The notes under the pieces were generated by a model. The model ran no database searches. It worked only from the letters and a program-made list of their open reading frames with translations, and was not told the origin of the DNA. A DNA stretch of 64,000 bases from Eledone cirrhosa (lineage: Eukaryota). Positions 52,746-64,000 of the stretch are shown in pieces (the stretch's first letter is position 1; each line of letters starts with the position of its first letter). The stretch is taken from assembly GCA_964016885.1 (NCBI GenBank), contig OZ024752.1:9672001-9736000 (forward strand), written 5' to 3'. The translations under genes were made by a program, and so were the position numbers.

Positions 52746-53560
52746 TTATATTTATATATATTATATTTATTATATTTATATATATAATATATTTATATAT
52801 TTATTATATTTATATATTTATTATATATATATATATTATTTTTATATATTTATTATATTTATGTATAATATATTTATATATTTATTATATTTATGTATAA
52901 TATATTTATATATTTATTATATTTATATATATATATATACATATATTATGTTTATATATTTATTATATTTATGTATACTATATTTATATATTTATTATAT
53001 TTATATATAATATTATATTTATAGATTTATTATATTTATAGATTTATTATATTTATATATATTTATTATATTTTTATATATTTATTATATTTATAAAATT
53101 TATATATATTTATTATATTTATATATATTTATTATATTTATATATAATTGTTTCTACTTTAGGCACAAGGCCAGCAATTACCCAGTACTTTACTGGTACT
53201 TTATTTTATCGACCCCATAAGGATGAAAGGCGAAGTTAACCTCGGCGGGATTTGAACTCAGTCTGTAAAGGGACGTAACTATGCTAGAAAGCATGGCGTC
53301 CAACCTTCTACCGATACTGCCATATATTTATATATAATATATTTATATATAATATATTTATATATTTATTATATTTATATATAATATATTTATATACAAT
53401 TTATTTATATATTTATTATATATATAATATTATCTTTATATATTTATTATATTCATATATATAATATTATATTTATATATTTATCATATTTATATATTAA
53501 TTATATTTATATATTTGTTATATTTATATATAATTTGTATCATTTGATATTAAATATACT
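52745..53560. repeat. AT-only minisatellite (TATTTATTATATTTATA) with a SINE family 1 inserted at 53146-53321 (-)
   Basis: Seen directly. Confidence 0.92.
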
Positions 53561-53776
53561 TTTATATCACCTCTATCCTCCCCTCCTTAAGCTCCAGCAA
53601 AGCCACCAACCCCACCCCAGGGGGCGGTAGCACCCACATGCAGAACCTCTGATATAATATATTCATATTTAAATATCTCTATTACCGATATCTAAACTTG
53701 GCACCAAATATGCTTTCAAATTATAAAAGCAGTTTAAACAGGTATAACATTATTAACGCTCGTTTACATATTGGCA

Positions 53777-54335
53777 ATAATTGTTTCTACTTTTGGCACA
53801 AGGCCAGCACTTATTCGAGTCTATTACTGCTACTTTATTTTATCGACCCCATAAGAATGAAAGGCAAAGTTAACCTTGGCAGGATTTGAATTCAGACTAT
53901 AAAGGGCTGTAACTCTATGCTGCAAAGCATGGCGTCCGTCCGTCCGTCTACCGATACTGCCAATCCATTGGCCACATATCGGCAATAATGTTGGAAATTA
54001 GATCATTTGACCCCCAGCCAAGCTTTAAGGAACTTAAGTCAATACACAAGATATAATTTGTTTAAGGAATTCTTGTTATAATATCTAGGGATTATTGATG
54101 TAGGTTGAATGTTTGGGGATTATCTCAGCATTCACCATTTCCACGCCGATGTTATTAAAGTACAAGTGGTATTCTATTATAATAGAGGCATGGATTGGCA
54201 GTATCGGTAGAGTGTCGGACGCAAAGCTTTGCAGCATAGAGTTACGGCCGTTTATGGTCTGAGTTCAAACCCCACCGTGGTTAACTTTGCCTTTCATCCT
54301 TACGGAGTCGATAAAATAAAGTACCAGTAATACAC
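53777..54335. mobile_element. SINE family 1 copies (53777-53972 -; 54191-54335 +)
   Basis: Consensus matches. Confidence 0.85.
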
Positions 54336-54460
54336 ATACAATTATATTTAATAGTAATTTGTGGTTACTGTAATATGTTTATAGCTTAAAATACTCAACG
54401 AGAATATATATGTTTGTCTTGTATAATCATATTGAATAAAGGCCAATGTACACCTTTAGT

Positions 54461-54528
<68 letters not shown>

Positions 54529-54530
<2 letters not shown>

Positions 54531-54802
54531 ACGAAGGAGTTGTGGTAAGGAACCAGATGGACCATAACGCACCAGAGTACTCAATACTTAGGGTAATAGG
54601 AAAATGTATGACCCCCGACGGCAGAGCTCAAGCCGTTTCGACGGTTATTTTTGAACTAAACTAAATTAGAATTTTTAGCCTGGTAAAAATTCTAATTTAG
54701 TCCAGAAATAGCCGTCGAAACGGCTTGAGCTCTGCCGTCGGAGGTCATACATTTTCCTATATCCTTATCGAGACCTCTTCGGAATTTAGTCTTCACATGT
54801 AT

Positions 54803-54806
<4 letters not shown>
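54529..54806. mobile_element. Family A fold-back insert joined to a family D-type terminus, in (TA)n
   Basis: Arms 54596-54680 / 54684-54760; 54760-54797 resembles 4550-4584. Confidence 0.85.
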
Positions 54807-54862
<56 letters not shown>

Positions 54863-54912
54863 TAAGAATAAGGGAACAAAGTATTAGTGTTGTATCCTAA
54901 CATATTTAATAA

Positions 54913-55002
54913 CATATTACATATGTTTCACTGATGATCAGTTCGAGGACCGATCTTTTATTGATCGAACCTGACTCTGGAATCGAAAGATCCTTAGATA
55001 TG
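54913..55002 (-). ncRNA. Hammerhead motif (family C) with extended domain II and G5>A change, GUA site
   Basis: CATAT-CTAAGGA-(about 60-nt domain II)-GAAA-CATATG-TA-ATATG. Confidence 0.68.
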
Positions 55003-55213
55003 CCTAAGTATGTAAGATCATCTCTGATTTTGTATATGTCCATATATATATATATATATATATATAGATATACACTTCAATACATGACCAAGCTTTTTCA
55101 TCCATCTTGCATATATATATATATATACATATTCATATGAAAAGCTCAGCCGTCGCGGTCCTGAATCTTTTCATATTAGCCACTCTACCACACCAAGTAT
55201 CAAGTACACTGCT

Positions 55214-55480
55214 CAGTCATGGGCAACCTGCGGCGAGCTAAGCTTTCTGAAGGGCTCTCCTAAGTCACCTAAGTGAAATCTTTCTGATATTCCTACCGAA
55301 AATATTCAGTCGTGATTTATATTTCTATCATTTTTACGATCGAGGAAAAGAACGTGTACCAATTCTGAAGAAACAAATCAAAACAACCGCCATTTTTTTA
55401 AATGTGGGCGGCGAATGTAAATAAGCGCTCGCAGCCCGTCTGATGACGAGCCCGCTTCTTTAAAAAGGTCGCCATGCCTG
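55214..55480. mobile_element. hAT (Charlie-like) MITE
   Basis: CAGTCATGGGCAACCT ... AGGTCGCCATGCCTG terminal inverted repeats. Confidence 0.6.
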
Positions 55481-55941
55481 GTCTAACTGGTTTTTAGCAC
55501 ACCCTATCTGATTATAATTGGACTACATTAAATGAATGGTGTCTGGAAGATTACGTGATTTGCAGAAGACACGTATTTAGGTCAGGACCACAATGCAACG
55601 AGAGGTCTAGTAATCGAGTCCAAGACCTTATGAACGTGTCCAACATCTTAACCACTGGTCCACATGGAGTTGTATATATCTGAAAATTATTTTTTGTATC
55701 AAAGTTATGCATAATGCTTTTAAAATACCCATACCAAAAATGGCCAGCCTTCTACACACACTTAAACCCGTTAAAGAATCATATGTGTATATATTTCCAT
55801 TTCAACACATGAGATACTATGTTTATACTATATATTTCTTTCTTCACTTTTATGCTAGCTAAAACTTGATGGACACGAGTGTATGTTAATATTGCATAAA
55901 TTAACGACTAAATTATAGGCCACGTGCATGTAATATCTTAA

Positions 55942-56760
55942 GACCCCCTTGGGTTACGAATGACCGAGGGATTTGTACCTAGAGAGTTCCTCTCTGAGGC
56001 ACAAGTCCAGGCTAGTTTGTGGAAGACCAGTAGTCATCCATACATGCTGGCATTCCCTCTCCACGCCACCGATGCTGTCCAAGGGAAATGCAATGGCAGA
56101 TAATGCTTGGCAGCAGTAACGTTGCAACTCATTCCTACATCTACCCATGTTCAGATAAAATCTTGAAAATACATACATTAACACATGAATACGCAATAGT
56201 CATTAAATAAGTCAATCACAGACATACTCTCAGCTGATTCTGCCATAACTACAATTAAACTTCTGATACACTGTAGGTCCTGAAGCTATAATATTTCTGT
56301 ATAGCCTTTCCAGAGGAATCTATAAAAATGTGAGACCCCCTTCCGCTCACGAATAACAATGGGATATGTGCCTAGAAAGTTCCCTCTCTGAGGTAGAAGT
56401 CCGGGGAAGAATACCAATTTCCCCTCTCCATTTCACTGATGTAGTCCAAGGGAAACAGCTTAGCACCAAGGATGTCGCAACACATTTCTATAGCCGAGTG
56501 AACTGGAGGAACGTGAAATAAAGTGTCTTGTCTAAGGACACAACACACACCATCATTACTGTCAGCCCAACACTATAACCGACATTCATATTGATATAGA
56601 GATCATGTAACCATCAGTGTTAGGTTGTTTGAGGAAGACCAGCAGTCAGCCATGCACACCAGCCTCCCCGCTTCACGCCAACGATGTTGTTCAAGGGAAA
56701 ATCAATGGCTGATACGACTTGGCACCTGTGACGTCGCAACTCATTTCTACAGCTGAGTAA
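55942..56760 (-). mobile_element. Three SINE family 2 3'-portions (55942-56140, 56335-56550, 56620-56760)
   Basis: Reverse-complement matches to 40592-40918. Confidence 0.8.
56138..56615 (+). repeat. Local duplication; second copy at 59268-60255 carries two extra SINE insertions
   Basis: ACATCTACCC..CACAGACATACTCTCAGCTGA..GCCCAACACTATAACC is shared. Confidence 0.88.
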
Positions 56761-57485
56761 ATATTTTATCACAGTAGAATATTTACGTTTTATATTAGGC
56801 ACAGAAGCAAGAAAAATATTTTGGAAAATTGCATTCAGAGGAAAACAGAATAAACACTGTAAATTATGTTATAGTCTTGAACATAATCTAAATATAGGCA
56901 TTATCTTCGTCAAACAAAAACATTGGAAGATTGAAGAAAAATGGGGAACAAAATCACGTCGTTTATGGAAAAGATTTATAATTGTACAACACCATTGCTC
57001 ATCAATTGTGGTATATGTGATGCATTTTCTAAATGATTTCTGTGAATCTGTCCCTTTCAGTATGTTGGAAATTATGTAAGAAGAAAGAAAGTCTATGAAA
57101 TTGATTACATTTCGCCAAAGTGTTCCTTAATAATGGAGCCAGTAATTGAAGTGTGTAAATTTTATTATCACTTCTATAGCGAACGGAGAAGTAAGTTAAT
57201 AACATTTTTGCATTCAAAACGCTTGCCAAATATTGTAATTACCGAAGAGGAAGCTTTCAGATTACAACTAAAGCGTGTTACACAATTCCTTAAAGGAATG
57301 TGACAATTATGAAGTAATAATATAAAGCGGTGTCTTGTAATACAAATAGAGATAATGTTAAGGAAAATCTCACACAACACTAGCTTCTATAGAGCATATG
57401 GTGAAACATTAAAAATGATGCAACCGAATTGCAGGGAGGTAGTAATGCATAATGGGAGGATGAGGGAGAGGGATGAGGGATAATG

Positions 57486-57516
<31 letters not shown>

Positions 57517-57519
57517 AAT

Positions 57520-57550
<31 letters not shown>

Positions 57551-57738
57551 GAGAAAGAGTGAGAGAGAAAGAGAGAACAGCAATATTTCCCCCCAAAAAC
57601 GTCACAAACAAAATGTGCAGGTAGTAATGTATATAGAGAGGATGAGGGAGAGGACAGTGACAGAGAGAGAAAGAGTGAGAGAATAAGAGGGAGGGAGAGA
57701 GAGAGAGAGAAAGAAAGAGAGAGAGCAGCAATATTTCC

Positions 57739-57778
<40 letters not shown>

Positions 57779-58114
57779 CCCCCAAAAGAACTTCGGAAAC
57801 TCAAACAAATTTTAATCAGTAAATTCTGCACAACATCAATATACCTGACACGAGAGGTTTGTTTCCAAACACAATCATAACAACCTATTTGTGCTTTTTG
57901 AACGACAGTACTATGTATGCTCAAATGTACCAGTAAAAGAGTTACAGAATATATAACATAATTATTCATAGAGTTCATTGAAAGTCACATTTAGTTTCGT
58001 GAATTAAAAACATGAAAATAACTCTTGCAGTAGTCTATAAAGCAATTACTAAATATCTGAAACCTCTTAATAGTCGTATTTAAGACTATTCAACAGAATT
58101 CGTAATCTAATCGG

Positions 58115-58460
58115 CTTGTCCCCCACAGCCCCGGTGGACGGAATAGAGAAGGCGTTTCCCCAGAAGAGGGCAAGGGAGACGCGCTGGAAATGTCACTCCA
58201 ACTCGCGGGGCTCACACCTGCGACTGGCCAGCTCAGCGCCTATGGTGGTGAGTAGTGAGGTAGTCCTAGGACACCAGAAATCTCCACTGCCAAGGGTACA
58301 ACCGCTAACCTGACGGAGAGCGACCGGTATTTGAGGAGTTTGGCCTCCTCAGCTCGACGTGCAGCCGAACCTGGGTTAGTCGAAGACTGCACCAGGTTGC
58401 GGCTGCGGAAAGTGTCGGTGCAAGTGGCATCCCAGACGAGGGGATTGCCACTGCAGAATG
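58115..58460 (-). mobile_element. CRE-like RLE retrotransposon 3' fragment
   Basis: LVWDATCTDTF..PGSAARRAEEAKLLKY..VPLAVE.SG..GNAFSI. Confidence 0.8.
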
Positions 58461-58573
58461 GGAAGATAAAGCTACAGACACGTTTCTTATCTACATTTAC
58501 TTCACAAAACCCGAAAAAATGAGAAGCAATCCCAACAATGATTAAAGTCTGTGAAGATTATAGAATTTCCAAA

Positions 58574-58755
58574 AATTGTTTCTACTTTCGGCACAAAGCC
58601 AGCAATTACCCAGTGTATTACTAGTGCTTTATTTTATCGAAACCGTAGGAATGAAAGGCACAATTGACCTCGGTGGGATTCGAAATCATACCGTAACTGG
58701 CCGCAACTCTATATAGCAAAGCATGGCGTCCAACACTCTACCGATTCTGCTAATT
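58574..58755 (-). mobile_element. SINE family 1 (diverged)
   Basis: Consensus match. Confidence 0.8.
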
Positions 58756-58825
58756 TCCATTCCAATAATGCCATCTATTTTATATGAACTTTAAACAACT
58801 TAATTAAATAACGAGCATAACACAT

Positions 58826-59178
58826 AATTCTCCTCCTTCTTCGCCCACTTATTCCTGAGATGATCATGGAGGCAGAGTCCTCAAACACTCCCTCCACCAG
58901 GTCCTGTCAGAAGCAACCGTCTCCAAGTGATCTCGCTGGATCCCTAAGGCGTGGTCAGCGAAGTTCATGGATGTTATCCAACCATCTTGCTACCTATGGG
59001 TCTCTTGCCGGCTGGTTTTATCCCTAATCAGTGGTTCTTTCCTGAGACATTCTAACTACATGTCCATAGTATCGGACCTGTGATCTTTCAATTCGGAGAA
59101 GTAGCGGCTCTACCTGGAGCAACTCTCTGATCTCCGAGTTACGCACTTTATCGAGTAACGTTACTCCAAAGAGCATTG
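58826..59178 (-). mobile_element. RTE-clade LINE 3' fragment
   Basis: GVTLLDKVRNSEIRELLQVEPLLLRIERSQVRYYGHVVRM; GAAGAAGGAGGAG tail. Confidence 0.82.
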
Positions 59179-59440
59179 GAAGGATTACTCTTTGTCCCAA
59201 TTTTGATTACATTTTTTATTATTAGATTAATATGTACAATGGTTTGATTGAGAAGGTATGAGAAATTACATCTACCCTTGTTTAGATAAACTCTTGAATA
59301 TACATACATTAAAACATGAATACGCAATAGTCATAAATAAATCAATCACAGACATACTCTCAGCTGACTCTGCCATAATTACAATTTAATTTCTGATACA
59401 TCGTAGATCCTGAAGCTATAATATTCCTGTATAGACTTTT

Positions 59441-59445
<5 letters not shown>

Positions 59446-59498
<53 letters not shown>

Positions 59499-59746
59499 TT
59501 CAGCTCACACCTATGCAGGTTTAGCTGGCCTCCTCCAAGGTATATCTCGTTGGAGGTGTCTTGGGTAATGAGTTGATACGACTGGGGTCCCTATCATCTC
59601 ATTTCTACAGCTGAGTAAACTGGAGCATCGTGAAATAAAGTGTCTTACTCAAGGAAACAACACATCACCCGGTCCGAGAATTGAACTCACAACCTGTCGA
59701 TTGCAAGCCCAATGCTCTAACCACTAAGCCATGTGCCTTCACAATG
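59446..59746 (-). mobile_element. SINE family 2 with (CA)n tail and TSD CTTTTCAGTG
   Basis: TSD at about 59436-59445 and 59747-59756. Confidence 0.9.
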
Positions 59747-60013
59747 CTTTTCAGTGGTATCTATAAAAAGGTAAAAACCTCTGCCGGTCACTAATGACCA
59801 TGGGATATGCGCCTAGAAATTTCCCCTCTGAGGCACAAGTCCAGGCAAGTGTGGGGAAGAATGCCAATTTCTCCTCTCTACTTCACTGATGTGCTTCAAG
59901 TGATCCAGCTTGACACTAATGACGTCACAACACATTTCTATAGCAGACTGAACTGGAGGAACGTGAAATAAAGTGTCTTGCTCAAGGACACAACTCACAC
60001 CATCATTACTGTA

Positions 60014-60198
60014 AGGCAGTATCGGTAGAGGGTTGGACGCCATACTTTGCAGCAAAGAGTTACTTACGAACCTTTACGGTCTGAGTTCAAATCCCGCTGA
60101 AGTTAACTTTGCCTTTCATTCTTACGGGGTCGATGAAATAAAGTACCAGAAATGCACTGGGATAATTGCTGTCCTTGTGCTAAAAGTAGAAATAATTA
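60014..60198 (+). mobile_element. SINE family 1 with TSD ATTA(C/T)TGTAAG
   Basis: Empty site visible at about 56551-56570. Confidence 0.88.
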
Positions 60199-61074
60199 TT
60201 GTAAGCCCAACACTATAACCAACATTCATAATGATATAGAAACCACGTAACCATACAATGTCTATATGATTATGAAAATTAAAAAGAAACTTCATTGGTG
60301 TTAAAACTACTAAGTAAATCAGTTTGAAAATTAAGTTACAAATGTATTATTATAACAATGATTTAGAATAAATGTAATATAGTTGATAATATAAGATACA
60401 ACAAACATAATTATATATATCAATACAATTATATTCTGATAAATATATTGTCTATTTCTGCGATTGTAATTAAGCATATTGTAGTGTAGCATGGAAACTG
60501 GATTGTAGGCTCATCTCGTTGAAAAATTGTCTCTTCGCTAACAAACATCCAAATGATCGATTTATACAAATGTTACTTATTCAAATCAAAGAATGCAAGC
60601 AAGCAAGATAGCCGCATAAGGAGAGAAATGGTTTCTTTTGTCAACTAAGTCGTAAAAGCTGCCCGATTTATTACTCATGCTTTGACATTTGGTGAACTCA
60701 TATCTTCAGGAATTTCGTTGAAGTCTACAATTGGCAAAACGACAGCTTATCTGCGACTAAACGTCTGTAAATAGATTCGCATTTATGTATCGCATTGTAA
60801 TAGTTTAAACCGAGATTGTTCAATGGAAGAACTTTAATGTAACCCATTAAATCCATATGTTACCAATTTTATTACTAATGTCACATGTACTAACATTTGG
60901 GGCATATAAATCGCAGTATAGTCAAAATTTCAAATTTGCTAGATATACTTTATACGAATTATATATGACAGTTTGATGAGAAACGTAAATCATTAAATAT
61001 ATAGATATATATGCACACCTACACCTAGGGAAATTTTGCAAATTATATACATGCCAGCATTTCTGTATATATAC

Positions 61075-61153
<79 letters not shown>

Positions 61154-62339
61154 TGCGCTATTTGTGCACATACAGACAAGCGTACACCAACAAGTATATA
61201 TATATATATATATATATGTATACACATATGCATATACACATATATATAGATACACACACATATACATATATATATATATACACACATATACATAGATGCA
61301 TACATTCATTCATGTATACATACACACATAGATACATACATACATTTACACATTTACATATATAGACACATCCAGAGAGAAAAAGAACTTTTCTGCTAAC
61401 GTACGGGTCGCTGGTGGTGGATAGTGATATAAGCACCAGATATGAGGGTTAGTTGTGATATAAGTGGGCCCCTGCCGGACAAATAGTCATCTCCTGACCA
61501 TTAAAGGCGGTTTAGTGGACTACTTTAGATGGAGCAGTGGGTGATACATTAAATTCTCAAGATATCTCTCTCTACCGAGAGATGTAGCTACATTGAGGCG
61601 AGTTAAGGTCGCCTCTAAAAAGCCCTTATCTTCGCAGATCTAAAAAAAGTACTAAATTGATTACTGGCGCGAATAAGACGACCAAAAATACTGCAATATG
61701 GTCATAAGTTGCACCAATTTCAGCATTTGGTCATCAGAATACCACATTGACTCCAATTTCGATTATTCCATCGTTTCACTGTAGTGTGAATACGCTATGC
61801 GCATGTGTGAGTGTATACGTGCATGTCCGCGAATGCGTGTGTATGTATGTGTGTGTATGTGCGTATTTATTTCTACTCGAGCTTGTCACTATGTGTTTGC
61901 GCATATTTAGTGTATTTGTATATACAATGCTTAGCTACTACCTGGCTTCGTATCTCCTTATTTAAATAGATATTTGCATGTGCATACATTCATTCTAATC
62001 TTTGTCAATGACGCAATATTTGCGTATTCCTGTATCAAGAATTCAATGTCTCAAACATTTTGTCATCAGTCAATAAACAGGTCGTAGAAGGAATGACAAC
62101 ATACATACTTACATACATACTATATCACTCGAGACTTCTACTAATGGTCAGGTTAATCTCTGTTATATGTGTGGCTTCTTTATTCTGTCTAAGAATCGGA
62201 CCGGGTGTATATATGTAGGAGGTGAGTAATATTGTAGAAAAATAAAATTATGCATATATCAGATAAGTAGCACTCAACAGTTGGTAGAACTGGAGTATAT
62301 ATAAAGAAGAAATTAAAAGATGGTTAAACAAGTTCCATA

Positions 62340-62409
62340 TATTTTATTATGCGCATTTCGAAAACAACATCATTCTGGGACGAAAATTGTGTTCTCTTCA
62401 GATAAAATA
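62340..62409 (-). ncRNA. Type I hammerhead ribozyme (family G), N7=A
   Basis: TATTTTAT-CTGAAGA-GAACAC..GTTTTC-GAAA-TGCGCA-TA-ATAAAATA. Confidence 0.86.
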
Positions 62410-62506
62410 AGGTAACATGATATGAGGCCTAAAAGCACTTGTGAACAAGAAAGTGGACTGGACACTCTTGTTCACAAGTGTTTTTCGGCCTCATATCATG
62501 TTACCT

Positions 62507-62576
62507 TATTTTATCTGATGAGAACACAATTTTTGTCCCAGGGTGATGTTGTTTTCGAAATACGCATAATAAAATA
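62507..62576 (+). ncRNA. Type I hammerhead ribozyme (family G), N7=U, one mismatch in the stem III palindrome
   Basis: TATTTTAT-CTGATGA-GAACAC..GTTTTC-GAAA-TACGCA-TA-ATAAAATA. Confidence 0.8.
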
Positions 62577-62653
62577 TATGGAACTTTTTTAACCATCTTA
62601 TAATTTCTTATTCTTGTATATATATATATATACACACACATACATACATACAT

Positions 62654-62815
62654 GTAGAAGTAGTTCTACAACAGATCATTTATCATTTCCGAGAACAATT
62701 GTTTCACCTTACTCGGATCATCAGCTCGGTTTAAATGAGATTGTACTGATTTAAACCGAGCTGATGATCCGACTAAGATGAAATGGTGAATTAAGTATTG
62801 TGGAACTACTTCTAC
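62654..62815. mobile_element. Family H fold-back insert
   Basis: GTAGAAGTAGTTC..GAACTACTTCTAC outer arms; inner arms TCGGATCATCAGCTCGGTTTAAAT / ATTTAAACCGAGCTGATGATCCGA. Confidence 0.85.
62689..62729 (-). ncRNA. Minimal type I hammerhead ribozyme (family H), GUU site
   Basis: CCGAG-CTGATGA-T CC GAGTAA GG T-GAAA-CAATTG-TT-CTCGG. Confidence 0.86.
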
Positions 62816-62830
62816 CAAACTCGTCCTTCG

Positions 62831-63075
62831 AAGGCGCATGGCTTAGTGGTTAGAGCATTGGGCTTACAATCGAAAGGTTGTGAGTTCAATTCTCGGACCG
62901 GGTGATGTGTTGTTTCTTTGAGACAGAAACTTTATTACACATTGCTCCAGTTTACTCAGCTTTAGAAATGAGATGATAGGACTGGGGTCCCTATCATTAA
63001 ATCACCCAAGACACCAACGAGATATACCTTAGGGTGGCCAGCTAAACCTGCATAGGTGGGAGTTGTGACACACAC
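62831..63075 (+). mobile_element. SINE family 2
   Basis: Near-identical to 5086-5330. Confidence 0.9.
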
Positions 63076-63162
63076 AAACTCGTCCCAGGGATTGAGTACT
63101 CTACTACTACGGGTATGTCCCACCAATGTTCAACTATCATATATATATAGTAATAATAATAA

Positions 63163-63429
63163 TAATTGTTTCTACTTTTGGCACACGGCCAGCAATTATT
63201 CAGTGCAATACTGGTACTTGTTTCACCTTACTCGGATCATCGAATATTAATAATTGTTTCTACTTTTGGCACAAGGCCAGCAATTACCCAGTACATTACT
63301 GGTACTTTATTTTATCGACCCCGTAAGGATGAAAGGCAAAGTTAACCTCGGCGGGATTTGAACTCAGAATGGCAAGGACCGTAACTATGCGTCAAAGCAT
63401 GGCGTCTGACCCTCTACCGATACTGCCAA
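63163..63429 (-). mobile_element. SINE family 1 tail fragment plus full copy (63250-63429)
   Basis: Consensus matches. Confidence 0.88.
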
Positions 63430-63439
63430 TAATAATAAT

Positions 63440-63689
63440 AAATTTAAAGGCTAAAATCCAAAGAGGGCTCGATAAGAATAAATGTATATCAAATATATAA
63501 GAACCGTAGAGCAAATGTTTATTAAAATAACAGATTAAAGTTTAAGCCAAGAATCGCTGCTTTCAACCTTAACGGGATCTTCTGAAACTAAATAAAATCA
63601 ATCTGTGAACGCAGAAGTAAATATTTCGAAAAACGTTGCAACCGAAGGAAAACAGGAAGACGATACTTTGGTTCGTGGAGACGTTCTGA

Positions 63690-63690
<1 letters not shown>
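63440..63690 (-). mobile_element. Family D terminus, colinear copy, HHR motif at 63539-63589
   Basis: AGTTT-CAGAAGA-TCCCGTTAAGGTT-GAAA-GC..GC-TT-AAACT followed by the family terminus. Confidence 0.8.
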
Positions 63691-63728
<38 letters not shown>

Positions 63729-63730
<2 letters not shown>

Positions 63731-64000
63731 TGGTTACACAACAGTTAGTTCACCATACCGAGAACAATTGTTTCACCTTAGCGAATCCTCAGCTCGTAAT
63801 GAACATGGTGATACGGAAGAGGAAGGACAACCGTACGAACGCGCATGCGCAAAAAGCGTCCTTTCACGTGTTTAGGCAATCAATATTGCATAACCTCTTT
63901 AGAATCTTTATTCGTTCATCAATACATAGTCCAAAGACGGATTTCCCCTTGCGTATGGCTTGTACTTAGTGATGGCTTTCCATTGAATGGAGTAGTCTAT
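63729..64000 (-). mobile_element. PLE 3' end (family H): GIY-YIG C-terminal remnant plus HHR at 63759-63796, ending in (TA)n
   Basis: Minus-strand IDYSIQWKAITKYKPYARG resembles IQYKLDWSILNQSKEYARG at about 41500; CGAG-CTGAGGA-TTCGCTAAGGT-GAAA-CAATTG-TT-CTCG. Confidence 0.8.

Larger units (their letters stand above)
62215..62612. mobile_element. Family G fold-back element
   Basis: Arms 62306-62450 / 62466-62610 (about 145 bp). Confidence 0.88.

Noticed and set aside
54925-55002. Overlapping plus-strand hammerhead (CTGATGA 54931 ... GAAA 54985)
   Set aside because: No stem I adjacent to the core; the minus-strand reading fits all three stems.
61695-62035. Isolated CTGATGA matches at about 61731 and 62023 (also 278, 5021, 17846, 38588, 39960, 55439)
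   Set aside because: Missing GAAA or missing complementary stems; expected by chance.

Overview
AT-rich, microsatellite-saturated eukaryotic (metazoan) non-coding DNA; the SINE families and repeat content suggest a cephalopod such as Octopus, but this is inference. No intact host gene is supportable, and almost all listed ORFs are translations of simple repeats. The window contains two abundant tRNA-derived SINE families, fragments of RTE-, CRE- and Tx1/L1-like LINEs, a decayed Tc1/mariner, three non-autonomous Helitrons, MITEs, a 34-bp satellite, and a decayed Penelope-like element (PLE; RT + GIY-YIG, 48727-51660, minus strand). The main signal is that many short inserts in (TA)n tracts, several of them fold-back palindromes, carry type I hammerhead ribozyme (HHR) motifs. 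By manual folding I find about nine sequence families and roughly 20 whole or partial motifs. They show stem covariation, a free N7, palindromic stem III, recurring non-canonical cores (U3-A8, A4, U-U at 10.1/11.1) and, in one family, ribozymes on both strands of the same hairpin. Two families are physically attached to PLE coding remnants. All structures were derived by eye and no cleavage activity has been shown.
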